Below, one piece after another: positions 38,640 to 49,764 of a stretch of 64,000 bases of DNA. The notes below the pieces were generated by a model, which did no database searches, was not told where the DNA came from, and saw only the letters and a program-made list of their open reading frames with translations. This stretch comes from Felis catus (Eukaryota): contig NC_058374.1 of NCBI RefSeq assembly GCF_018350175.1, positions 75,454,001 to 75,518,000 on the forward strand, in the 5' to 3' direction. Numbering within the stretch: the stretch's first letter is position 1; every line of letters starts with the position of its first letter. The position numbers and the translations under genes are program-made.

Positions 38640-39242
38640 TGTCTGCAAAAACCAAGTAAATTTTAAAGATCTAATTGGCTTTTGGGGCACCTGGCTGGCT
38701 CAGTTGGTTAAGCGTCCGACTTCGGCTCAGGTCATAATCTCACCGTTTGTGAGTTTGAGCCCCGCATCAGGCTCTGTACTGACAGCTTGGAGCCTGGAGC
38801 CTGCTTTGGATTCTGTGTCTCCCTTTCTCTCTGCCCCTCCCCTGCTCATGCTCTGTCTCTATCTCTCAAAAATAAATAAATGTTTTTAAAAAAAAATTTT
38901 TTAAAGATCTAATTGGCTTTATTAATTGATTTATGAATCAGGCAGCATCCTATCAGCCAAGTAGAGGGGAGCTCCAAAGGGAAGGTTTTTAAAGGTAGAG
39001 AGGGAGTGGAAAAAAGGAAATTATTAGCAAAGAATCCATTGTTTTAGGCAAGGTTGCCCTCCTAAGGGGAAAGCTAGGATGTCTTTCAGTAAATTTCCTA
39101 GTGCTGACCAGGAAATTCCCACGTTGACTGGTTAAAGGTTACATTTCTGAGGGGTTGAAACTGCAGGAAGATTATTAAGTCTTGGTTTACTGACTTGGGG
39201 CCTTAAGCTAAGTGATGCCATTTGGGGCCTGTGATTTTCTTT

Positions 39243-39248
<6 letters not shown>
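38640..39248 (-). mobile_element. probable ERV1-type (MER34/carnivore LTR-like) solo LTR with inserted Can-SINE (38683-38905)
   Basis: TG...CA ends and tttatt (antisense polyA signal) near the left end. SINE TSD ttttaaagatctaattggcttt. No LTR TSD visible because (CA)n follows. Confidence 0.5.
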
Positions 39249-39285
<37 letters not shown>

Positions 39286-39344
39286 ACACATTTAATGAGC
39301 ACTAAATATACATTTAATATTATAACTGTACCAAATAGTAATTG

Positions 39345-40230
39345 TGTGACCGAAACCCATGTTTGGCTGCCCGTCCCTTGAAAGGCCAATTAATACTCAA
39401 GAGACAAGTTTTGACTGAAAGGGAATATGAGCTTTATTCGGGAGGCTGGCCACCTTTGGGGAAGGTGAACTCTTGTCCGAAGGCCGACTTGTCCGAAGGC
39501 CAGGGTTTCTGCCTGGCCCAGAGATCTTTAAAGGGGTTTACTCAGTTCAGGGAGTGCTCTGGTCTGTGACATTTCTTTATTATCTGCAGACTGGATGATG
39601 CCAGCTACAGAGCTATCTCGGTGCTTGGAGGTTGTGCAAGAAGTTCTATCTAGTTCCTTGTGCCCGGGGGGAGGATTGTGCAAAAAGGTCTGGTTCCTTG
39701 GTACCCAGAGGTGGTTGTGCAAGAGTACTCTGTTCTTTCTGCAAAGGAGGGCAAGGTCTACAGATGCGCAAAGGGAGGTTGGTAAAGTCATTTGTGTGAC
39801 CTTAAAAAAGAAAAACATTTTGCTACAAGATTGCTACTGGGCTAATCAGAAAGCCTGTGAGATTTCAAACAGACTTTCTGGCCTCTGTGACCTGGGAAAA
39901 TTCTGGTCTTTCATTCCCCAATGCCAGTGGTCTGCAAATCTCAAAGAAAGTAAATTAGTTTTGTCACTGATCAAGTGAGCAAGCGAGGGTTGTGTTAATT
40001 TGCTAACCCTTAAATTAACTCTTTTTTTTTTATTTTATTTTTTTATTTTTTTTGAGAGAGAGAGAGAGAGCAGGCTCCATGCTCCTCACAGAACCCGACA
40101 CAGGGCTCAATCCCACAACCCTGAGGTCATAACCTGAACTGAAGTTAACAGTCAGACGTTCAACCAATTGAGCCACCCGGGTGCCCTGACCCTTAAACTA
40201 ACCCTTAACATTAGCTGGAGTGCTGTTACA
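39345..40230 (-). mobile_element. ERV1-type solo LTR with 4-bp TSD, containing a Can-SINE (~40020-40186)
   Basis: attg|tgtgaccgaaacc...ggagtgctgttaca|attg gives TG...CA termini and TSD ATTG (39341-39344, 40231-40234). tttatt near 39433. Confidence 0.75.
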
Positions 40231-40573
40231 ATTGTAACGAATGATAGATTTAAATGACAACATTGTTTGTTCTAAAAATGCTAGCCTTTTAAAAGAATCT
40301 TATCTAGCATGCTAAAAAAACAAGACAATATTAATAATATACTGCTTCATTTTATATCTTAATTTGGCTGTTTGAAAATTTTTCTTATAAGTAGGGGAGA
40401 ATGTAGTGATTAAAACAAAGGGATCGTATCGTAACTGTGTTCATTATTTTCTGTTTCCCTCTTCCGGAATTCTCAAGATTAGCATTTCTTAAGATTAAAA
40501 GAAAAAAAGCTTATTAATTCCTTAAACACTGTATGAATCCAAGGTTTCTAAAGTCAATTGAAATATTTATACC

Positions 40574-41590
40574 TGTAGGGAGGAAAAAAATCTTTTTCTT
40601 CCACCCTTTTAAGTTCATGACTGGGACTCCTGGAACGAAAGACAAACAAAAGGGAAGCATACAAATTGTCTCTTCTTTTTCAAGTTTTTATTTAAACTCC
40701 AGTGAGTTAACATACAGTGCAATATTAGTTTCAGTGTAGAATTTAGTGATTCAGCACTTACAACGCCTGGTGCTCATCACAACCCATACAAATTTATTTA
40801 AGTTTTGCGTGACATGGGCATCTTCATAAGAAAATGAAGACCAGAAGAAACAGTTAAACTCAAGTGGGATATTTTCCCAGGTTTACTGAGATATAATTGA
40901 AATATAACATTGTATAAGTTTAAGGTATATAACATATTGATATAATAATATACTTATATACTGCAATTTGTTTGTTTTTAAATGTCTCTTTATTTTGAGC
41001 GAGAGAGTGACCATGGGAGGGGCAGAGAGAAGGAGAGAGAGCAGGCTCCACACTCAGCGCTGAGCCCAACACGGGGTTTGATCTCACAACCACAAGATCA
41101 CAACCTAGTGAACTAATATCGAGAATCGGACACTCACTTAACCAACTGAGCCACCCAGGCACCCCTGTTTGTTTTAGATACATACTGCAATTTGATTACC
41201 CCCATAGATTAGCTAACACCTCACAACGGGAACTTGTTGATCAAAACGTACAAACCTGTTTTTATGAAAAAGACTGGAAAGTCATGGAAAGATGTGATAA
41301 GACAAAGGTGAGCTAAGTATGGTAAGTGCAAGTGAGGAGAATGGGGATGCGTACTTAGCAAGGCCTGCTCAGTTTCCTCTCTGTGTCCCTTCACTTTAGA
41401 AATAAGGACGCCCCTTTCCTCCAGGTATAGGGAGGGCACCTCTTACGTGAGAGTTTTATGATCTGTGTCAGGGGAAGATCAGAAAGTCCTTCCTGCACCT
41501 GCCATTTCTCAAATTCTTTCAGCATGAAATATTCAATAATCCAAGGTGCTACATTTGGGGAGAGTGATTTCATTCTAGACCATAACTTCA
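40574..41590 (-). mobile_element. degenerate MER34/39-like LTR interrupted by L1 3' fragments and a Can-SINE (~40965-41165)
   Basis: Begins tgtagggagg. LTR-like sequence resumes after the insertions (tacaaatt is repeated around the first insert). Confidence 0.45.
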
Positions 41591-41660
41591 ACACAGAAGT
41601 TCCAAAAGACCACACCAAATCGAATCATCTGAAGTTTTTACAAATTTCAACTTGTCTAGT

Positions 41661-41756
41661 TAATGAGTTTCAAATTGGGCTTCAAGCTATGACTTCAGGG
41701 AATAAAGGACATTGGCTCCTTCATCTCCTAGGCTGCCAGGCTCAGTTCACCAATTA
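41661..41756 (+). promoter_or_regulatory. putative OR promoter module for OR at 47082
   Basis: TAATGA (41661-41666), ttgggcttcaagctatgacttcagggaataaaggacattgg and CAATTA (41751-41756). Clearly alignable to 844-926. Confidence 0.55.
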
Positions 41757-43265
41757 CTGACTGCCTCATCTATATATACCCTTCTCAAGGGTTTTATGTG
41801 AGAATCACTCACTTCCCGGATTCTCCTATGACAGTATTTAAAATCAGAGAGGAAGTTAAATAAAAAGATGCCCGTGTGGTGCGGCCTATGACCACTGGAG
41901 GGAAGCTCTTCAGTTTTTGTTGAGGATTTGATAGTCTTACCACCTATCGAGTAGGAGAGAAAAGGAGGAGCAAGACAGAACTCAGAAAATGCTGGTCTTG
42001 AAGCTTCTACCTTTAAGAGTAGCTCTGGTATAATCAGTTTTCTGCTCTCACTGTGACTTCCAAACAGGAAAAAAAAAAAAAAAGGACTGATCGCCTTTCC
42101 TACAGAAACATTTGTTCCCATAGGCATAGAGATCATCCCAGTCCAGATGAGATCTCATCATGAAAAGACCAAAGCGACAGGAAGTCTGAATCGCAAAAAG
42201 CCTGGAACTCGGTAATGTCCGCTCTGATTGCTCTTCTCTCCTGCCTGGTCCCTATCTTCCCTCTCCTAATCCAGCCTTCTTCTCTTCTCATTAGCTTTCT
42301 GTTTGCTGGAGACTGAGCTTCCTGACCCAGAAATCACTTTTCCCATACACTGGGGCCTTTGTGCCATCCAGCTACATGAGAAGAACTCTCTACCCTCAGT
42401 GAGTTATGCTGAACATGGGGGTCCGGCATGTCTCGCAACCTGGCTTCAGAGTCTGCCCTGGCCTGGGCTCTAGCAGTTCAGTGAAACCTGGGACCAGCAG
42501 GTGGAAGCACAAAGGTCAAGGTGGATGGGGCTAGTAGCGCGTACACACCAGAGTAGATCAGAGTAGACAACAGATAATGGTCACCCTGAGAAAACCCTCT
42601 TCTTCTAGGATGCCAAACCACATCTACTATAAAAAGTTCATTTTTTTTTTCGTTTACTAACTCCCCTTGACCCCAGTAAATATCTATGATGTGAAGCACA
42701 CAGAGAAAGGGTCAGGAGTCTGACCAGGTTTGAGGGAAAAAATCTGGATTCAAAAAGTTCCTTTTCAGTTCTCTCCTACATTCATCCCTCCTCCGCAGCC
42801 CTGGTGTGAGTCTAGACATCCAAAGATCTTTATACCATTTGCCACTCAGTAACCAAATTCCTACCCCAGCCCCTCTGCATTTGGCCGTGGAGAACATCCC
42901 CACATTCGGTGAATAAAAGAAACACTGGACCTCTCTCTCTTCTCATTCTCAATAATCCACCAATCCCAGCATTTGTTCAACTACCTAACATTTTAAAAAT
43001 TAAATATATGTGAGTCTAACAAGACTTTAGGTACTTTGTATTATGCTATGTGGCTCCTTCGCCAAGGAGTGACCCAAGATACCCATCCCCTTAGACAGGA
43101 TATGACAATGTCATATGCAAAGTTCCTGAGCCCAAATTCCAACTGACTCTTACTATCTCTATGATCTTGAGAAAGTTACTCAACTTTTTCTGTGTCTTAG
43201 CTCCTCATCTATAAGAAAGGTATGTGTCAGGGCTGTTTCATAAACAAATAGAATCACCATACACA

Positions 43266-43495
43266 GAGGTGCCTGGGTGGCTCAGTCAGTTAAGCATCTG
43301 ACTCTTGGTTTCAGCTCAGGTCATGATCTCACAGTTCGAGAGTTGGAGCCCTGTGTCAGGCTCTGTGCTGACAGTGTGGAGCCTTCTTGGGATTCTCTCT
43401 CTCCCCCTCTCTCTCTCTCTGCCCTTCCCTGTTCATTCTCTCTCTCTCTTCTCTCTCCCTCTCTCAAAATAAATAAATAAATACACTTAAAAAAA
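43266..43495 (+). mobile_element. Can-SINE without detectable TSD
   Basis: gaggtgcctgggtggctcagtcagttaagc head and A-tail. The flanks do not match each other. Confidence 0.85.
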
Positions 43496-46380
43496 TGAAG
43501 ATAGAGAAAATATTCATTGGAAAGGACAGGACTTGACAAACTCAGAGATGAGAGAGGCTCTTTAAAATGGACTCTTTGTCCTGAAAGTTGCTTTCATTGT
43601 TTGCTGAATCAGAGTTAAATTGGGCCATTCTAAAACTACAGATCCACCTACAGGACAGACTGAGCTGTCATCTAGATCTAGCTTCTGAGACTCAGAGTCT
43701 TGGGATCTTTATGAATGTTTAATATTAATATGAATTATGAATGTTTAATATTAATAGTGGAGAAAAGACATCTCTACTTTTTTGTCCAAGTAAAGAAAAT
43801 GACAAAGACTGAAAACTCGGCTAGTTTTTCAGGATTTAACTTTTTGTTGTGAGTCCTCTGGGCAATACCAACATCAGACTCTGGTGTCAGAACAAAGCTA
43901 GAGAATAAAAGGCAGACTAAGAGGTCAAGGGACTGGTCAGAAGAACGTGTGGAGATACCAACCAAGGGGTGTTTAATAAAGAAGCAGGACTTGAATGTAC
44001 AGTGCTATATCAAGTTTCAAATGAAGCATAAGGAACTGGTCTAGAAAGATAAGTCATCCCTGGATACTTGGTAAGACTGACTTAAAATCTAGCAGAGAAA
44101 TGTGCATGTATATAGCAGTTCAACATAAGTATCTGCAATGTGGCTTTCTCTAAGTCCAGCATAACCTGACATACAGCAGGAAATTCATGAGTGAATGAAT
44201 GGAGCTTTGGATGGACAGATGGAAGGAAGATCAATGAATAAATGTATAGAACTTAGAAGGCTAAGTTAATGGAAAAGATGTATTAAAGAATGAATGGATA
44301 AACTAAATAAATTAATGCTCAGGAAAATGAATGAATGAACAGGTAATGTCATGTTAGCCTTTCTTATAGAGTCTGAAATGGGATAGCAGGCATGGAATAT
44401 GTTAGGTACACCAATAGTTGCTCAAAACTGAGACAATCTATACACACACTGCAAACACACATATACACACGTACCATTTCTTTGCTTCCCCCTCTGTTGT
44501 CTTCTTATTGCTGGATCCTTATCAAGCTTACGGGTCTGAAAATTTTTCTAAAGAAGATTAGCTAACGAGTCTGTCCAATTCACTTCATGGCTTTCTTTTT
44601 TCATCCAACAACAACTGCTAAAAGATCCACCGTATGTGCTTCTCATTGGGCCAAGTACTATGATAGAGAGATACCAAGTAATGTAGAGCATAATTACCCT
44701 CATCAAAGAACTATATAGTGTCATTGTTTGGTGGCGGGAGGAGAAAAAGAAATACAATGACATAAATATTCGAACCACTAACTGCCAAAATAAGATGGTG
44801 ATTCAGCAATGTCATAAAATGAATAGAGTTGTTTATGGTGAGTTAATGACTTAGCACAGAGTGGAAGCATATCAGGTGAGATCCTCCTCACCTGAAGCAG
44901 ATGGTGAGGATTACACGAAGTTTTATGGGGCAGGGCCTGGAAAAGATAAAGAGGAGGAATCAGGATTGGGTCAGAAAAGCCTTCAGACTGTGATTCAGAT
45001 GTGACACCGACGACGGGAAAGAGGGAAGACCAACAGAATTGTCTAGGAGAGCTTCAGACTGCAGTACGGATCTGACAAATATTCATCCAAGCCAGTGGGG
45101 GATCGGAGCAACGACCTCCTCCTAGAGAAGGCATGCTCATTCACTGCCTCCCTGCAAACAGTTTGGCCTCTGTTAAAGCTGTGGTTAATCTCAAAGGTCC
45201 TGCAACTGGGTGCTGTCAGTTAACTGCATCCTTCACAGCTGAATGTTAGGTTCTTTCTTTAAGGTAGACCTTTCTTTAAGAAGTGCTTTAAGGAGCACTT
45301 CCAAGGCTGCCACCAGATGAGAGCTAGCGTCCTTAAGAAATTGGCAAGAAACAGGGGGGCAGAGGTGCCAGATGAGAATAATGAAGACCCGGGTGAAGTC
45401 CTGATGTAGCCACTCATTCACTCGGGGAAGGCAAAACACTCACATACTCCTGATTCTAGATTTGAAAAATTAGTATAGAATGACCTATCCAGAATTGTGA
45501 AATGAATTCTCATTTAATTGTGAAATTAAATGAGAAAATGTCACAATTTTAAGAGTGCCAAGGACATATTAGGCCCTCCATTTAAATATATATATATATA
45601 TATATAGCTATTTTTTATTACCATTATGTACTGTGGGAGTTCAAAGAAGCAAATGATCACAAAGGATCTCAATAACAGGTCAAAATTAAGATGGGAGTAA
45701 AACAATAAATAAGATTTCAATTAATTACCTAAAAGGCATTTCCAGGAGAGCAGATGTTCGAGTAAAAGCTGAGAAAGTTATTCCTGTGGGTGCTCAGGAA
45801 CAAGTACCCCTGTCTGTCCACAGCATTGAGACCAAAACAGTTAAGACCAATTTTAATGTCTAAATGCCATGTATGATGGAGAATTTGAAGGCAGGCTTTA
45901 AAGCAAAGTCACTGTAGGAAAGAAAGGCTAGGTATACAAGTCATGGCCTCGGACAAGTTACATAATTTATGATACTCATTTTTCAGTTTGCAAAAAAGGA
46001 GTCAACAATAATTTCCCTTATTCTTTTGTCCCACATCCAAAATTCACACACACACACACACACACAATCATTTTTTAATCTTGTTCCAGAGGGTCAAATT
46101 AACAATATATGTTAATGTGTATCATCAACAGTAAAAAGTTGAAGAAAAACAAAATGATGCTACTAAGCAATTATGAATCCTAGGAGGGTTTTGAAATGAG
46201 GCAAGAACAGATTGGAGAATAGAGGAGAGGAGGCAAATGTTGAAATATCCCCCTAGCAACTCTGCTACAATGCATAAAACACACACAGAATCCTGCTGAC
46301 AAAGCAGTGCTCAGTTGAAGGAGGCGGAATAAATTAGTCATCAACTAGGTCTGAACAAATTTGCAAATTCCCCCAGCCAT

Positions 46381-46865
46381 CTTTTAAAATTTTTTTAATG
46401 TTTATTTATTTTTGAGGGAGAGATAAACAAAGTTTGAGCAGGGGAGGGGCAGAAAGAGAGGAAGACACAGAATTTGAAACAGGCTCCAGGCTCTAAGCTG
46501 TCAGCACAGAGCCCTAGTCGGGGTTCAACTCACGAACCGTGAGATCGTGACCTGAGCCGAAGTCGGACGCTCAACCCGCTGAGCCACCCAGGTGCCCTAT
46601 CCTCAGCTGTCTTTAGACTAGAATAACAGTGGGGCGCCTGGACGCCTGGGTGGCTCAGTCGGTTGAGCATCCAACTTCGGCTCAGGTCATGATCTCACGG
46701 TTCGTGAGTTGGAACCCCGACTAGGGCTCTGTGCTGACAGCTCAGAGCCTGCTTCGAGCCTGCTTCGGATTCTGTGTCTCCCTCTCTCTCTGCCCCTCCC
46801 CCCACTCATTCTCTGTCTCTCAAAATAAATAAACATTAAGGAAACATTTAAATAAATAAATAAAG
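46381..46865. mobile_element. head-to-head inverted pair of Can-SINEs (- 46381-46598, + 46631-46865)
   Basis: Antisense SINE ending ccacccaggtgccc, a ~32-nt spacer, then ggggcgcctg...aaataaataaa. Confidence 0.9.
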
Positions 46866-47081
46866 TAGAATAACAGCTATATGGAAATATCACAGTGAGT
46901 TTGAACCGAACCCTAGAAGGGAAAGGAGGGATTCCAGATAGTCAATAAGGGCATACGTGGAATCTAAATAATTAGGAAGGAGTATACACATAAAAGTGGG
47001 TCCCTACCTCTGTAATTGGGTGTAATCAAGAGAAGTTTCAAGTCCATGCCTGTATTTACTTCTAGGAAACACGCTCTTTAG

Positions 47082-48035
47082 ATGGCCTTGAGAAACCACA
47101 GCACCATCACGGAGTTCATCCTCCTTGGGCTGTCGGCTGACCCCGAAGTCCAGGCGCTGCTCTTTGCGCTCTTCCTGGGGATTTACCTCCTGACCATGAT
47201 GGGGAACCTGATGATGCTGCTGGTGACCAGAGCTGATTCCCAGCTCCACACACCCATGTATTATTTCCTGAGTCATCTCTCCTTCCTGGATCTTTGCTTT
47301 TCTTCAGTCACTGTGCCCAAGCTTCTGGAGAACCTCCTGTCTGAAAGGAAAATCATCTCAAAAGAGGGCTGCCTGATTCAAGCTTTCTTTGTGTTGGCCA
47401 TTGGAGGAACAGAAATTTTCCTGCTGTCTGCCATGGCCTATGACCGCTATGCTGCCATCTGCCACCCTCTGCTCTATGGCCAGATGATGAGCAGCCAGCT
47501 GTGTGTAAGGCTGGTATGGGTTTCATGGAGCCTGGGTTTCCTGGATGCAGTTATCAACATCCCCCTGGCTATGAACTTGAACTTCTGTGAAGCCCATACC
47601 ATCTCCCACTACAGCTGTGAGCTACCCTCTCTCTTTCCTTTGTCCTGCTCTGACGTCTCCAGCAATGTCACTGTCCTGATTGCTTCCACACTCTTGCATG
47701 GCTTTGGTACATTCGTCCTGATCTTCTTCTCTTATGCCCGTGTTGCAACCACCATCCTGAGCATCAGCTCCACCACAGGCAGAAGCAAGGCCTTCTCCAC
47801 CTGCTCCTCCCACCTCACCACAGTGAGCTTCTTCTATGGATCAGCTTTCCTTCGTTATCTCGTGCCAACTTCAGGCTCACCGCTGGAGCTCATCTTCTCC
47901 ATACAGTATGGTGTGGTCACTCCCCTAGTGAATCCCCTCATCTATAGCCTGAAAAACAAAGAAGTAAAGGCGGCTCTGAGAAGAATGTTGGAGAAATGTT
48001 TGCAGTGGCATAAGTATCAGGCTACAAAGAGATGA
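47082..48035 (+). CDS. OR8S1: olfactory receptor, OR8S1-like (317 aa, intact)
   Basis: MALRNHSTITEFILLGLSADP, LHTPMYYFLSHLS, MAYDRYAAICHPLLY, KAFSTCSSHL and NPLIYSLKNKEV. Acceptor tttacttctAG ends 16 nt before the ATG. Subfamily-level call. Confidence 0.95.
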   Translation: MALRNHSTITEFILLGLSADPEVQALLFALFLGIYLLTMMGNLMMLLVTRADSQLHTPMYYFLSHLSFLDLCFSSVTVPKLLENLLSERKIISKEGCLIQAFFVLAIGGTEIFLLSAMAYDRYAAICHPLLYGQMMSSQLCVRLVWVSWSLGFLDAVINIPLAMNLNFCEAHTISHYSCELPSLFPLSCSDVSSNVTVLIASTLLHGFGTFVLIFFSYARVATTILSISSTTGRSKAFSTCSSHLTTVSFFYGSAFLRYLVPTSGSPLELIFSIQYGVVTPLVNPLIYSLKNKEVKAALRRMLEKCLQWHKYQATKR

Positions 48036-48845
48036 TGAATTAGGAAGGAACTACAGGCTTCAGGATATCTGGTGGGTTGACACTAAAACCTTCTGATGGC
48101 CCACTGTTTTAGATGCTAAAAGGTATCACATAAAAGCTTAAGAAAGAGACACAAAGATGCCTTGAGGGTGAGGTCAGGGTAGGAGAAGGTGGTTCAGATT
48201 AAATCCGGCTCAAAGGCAGATCAGTGGAATATATAGTCACCTTGATTAAAAGTTTTCTTTAATCATAATTTACTTCTCTATTGTTTCATTGACACTGAGT
48301 TTTAAAATGTGTGTGTACTGGGTTACTTTTTAGAATTAAATATACAGAAAGTCACTGAAAACCATGAGATTTCACCAAAACATTGAACCGCGGGGAAAGA
48401 ACAGTTACAGACTTGGGGTCTGTGGAGACATTTGGGCTTTGGTTGGCAAGCCCTTGCTAAAATTCTGGACAGCACAAGCGACAGGTCAGTGACTTGGGTG
48501 ATACCAAGAACTCTGTTGTTACTTCGGAGTTGAAACATGAGGGAAAATGCGCCTCATTCTAGGGTAAGTCAGGAAAATTTAGACCTCTGCTACGATTCAC
48601 CTCCTTTAAGCTTTATTTTTTCCATCTAGCCTACTTGGGGAATGCAAGGGATTTTAGTCAATTGTTCTGGAATAATTTCCTTTTCATGTATTTTAGCATG
48701 GGTTTCTGAAATACGCAGTGTGTGTTACATAATTCACCACATGTGTATCTTCTGAGAAATTTTTCCATGCTATTTATGATTTTTCTCAAAATAGATTAAA
48801 CTGTAGTAACTTATACTCATTCAACGTTATTTTCTGTACAGCAAT

Positions 48846-49474
48846 TGTAATGCCCGAAGTTCTGAAACCTCCCACAGAAGTCCACCAGAGTCGTAAGTCA
48901 AAGCCAAGCGGCAAGGGTCGTTTATTGCAGGCTCGAACCCGGTCCCCTGCGCACTCGTCGCCGGTGACGCAAGAGGCCACGATCAGGGTTGGTACAGCGT
49001 TTTTATAGACAGAGACAAATAGCACAGGGGAGGTTTCAAATTATGAGGGGCCTGATTAGTTGATTTTAAAGTAAGGACATTTGTTGTTCTCTGATTGGGC
49101 GTCCTTTGTCTGTCCTTTGGCGGAAAGGCTTTGTCCCTTACTTGTGGCGGGAGGAAAAAAGGGGGAAGGGGGAAGAGGGTAGGCTAGGTGAGGAATGTGC
49201 TAAGCAAGCAGGTTTACAGAAGCGAGAAATGCCGGTTAGTTTATGTACAATCACTCATTCCATTACATATCAGACTACATTTAGGAAGGTTTACAACCCA
49301 TTCTACTTACTACACAGCGGGTTACATTCAGGAAAGGCCTCACAATGCTCGTAGCAAACAGCAAGCAAAACAGACTTCTCAGCAATTGTATTTCTTATCA
49401 AAGATCCATAATAAGCAGAAAAGAGAACCTAGCTTTAAACTAAGGCAGGGCTGTCATTTGGATTGTTCCTTTCA
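48846..49474 (-). repeat. 3' LTR (629 bp)
   Basis: Direct repeat of 55743-56363. Minus-strand AATAAA (48921-48926), TATAAAA (~49001-49007) and CCAAT (~49094-49098). Confidence 0.96.
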
Positions 49475-49490
49475 TTCCCCCCTTTTCCTT
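49475..49490 (-). other. polypurine tract
   Basis: Minus strand AAGGAAAAGGGGGGAA immediately before the 3' LTR. Confidence 0.92.
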
Positions 49491-49516
49491 GTGCCTAAAG
49501 AGCCAATCTTGGATCT

Positions 49517-49764
49517 TCAGTTTTCTATTTGTAATGTCTCGAGTGGTTGGTACTGAGTTCGTAAGACCATTAATTGTACAGCATTCAACCTGTCTTGGAC
49601 AAAATTAATAATTTTGTTTATGATGCAGAGGCCTAATGTGAGAGCGAGAAGTAGGATGGCTAGAGGCCCGAGTAAAGTGGAGAGCAGGGTAGTTAACCAT
49701 GGGGACGCACTGAACCAGGATTCAAACCATCCTGCCTCCTGTTCTTTCTTTTTTTTTTTCGCTT
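49517..49764 (-). pseudogene. env: env remnant: TM membrane-proximal region, membrane anchor and cytoplasmic tail only
   Basis: Manual translation of 49747 down to 49517: KEQEAGWFESWFSASPWLTTLLSTLLGPLAILLLALTLGLCIINKILNFVQDRLNAVQLMVLRTQYQPLETLQIEN*. This matches the gammaretroviral TM C-terminus (GWFE..F..SPW.TTL.S...GP). Confidence 0.92.

Noticed and set aside
43709-43756. Local duplication of ttatgaatgtttaatattaata
   Set aside because: A simple tandem duplication of AT-rich sequence present once in the gene 1 paralogous region; no functional evidence.
44900-45330. Possible ancient ERVL-type LTR remnant with repeated cttcagactg motif
   Set aside because: Too degenerate to name or delimit without a repeat-library search.
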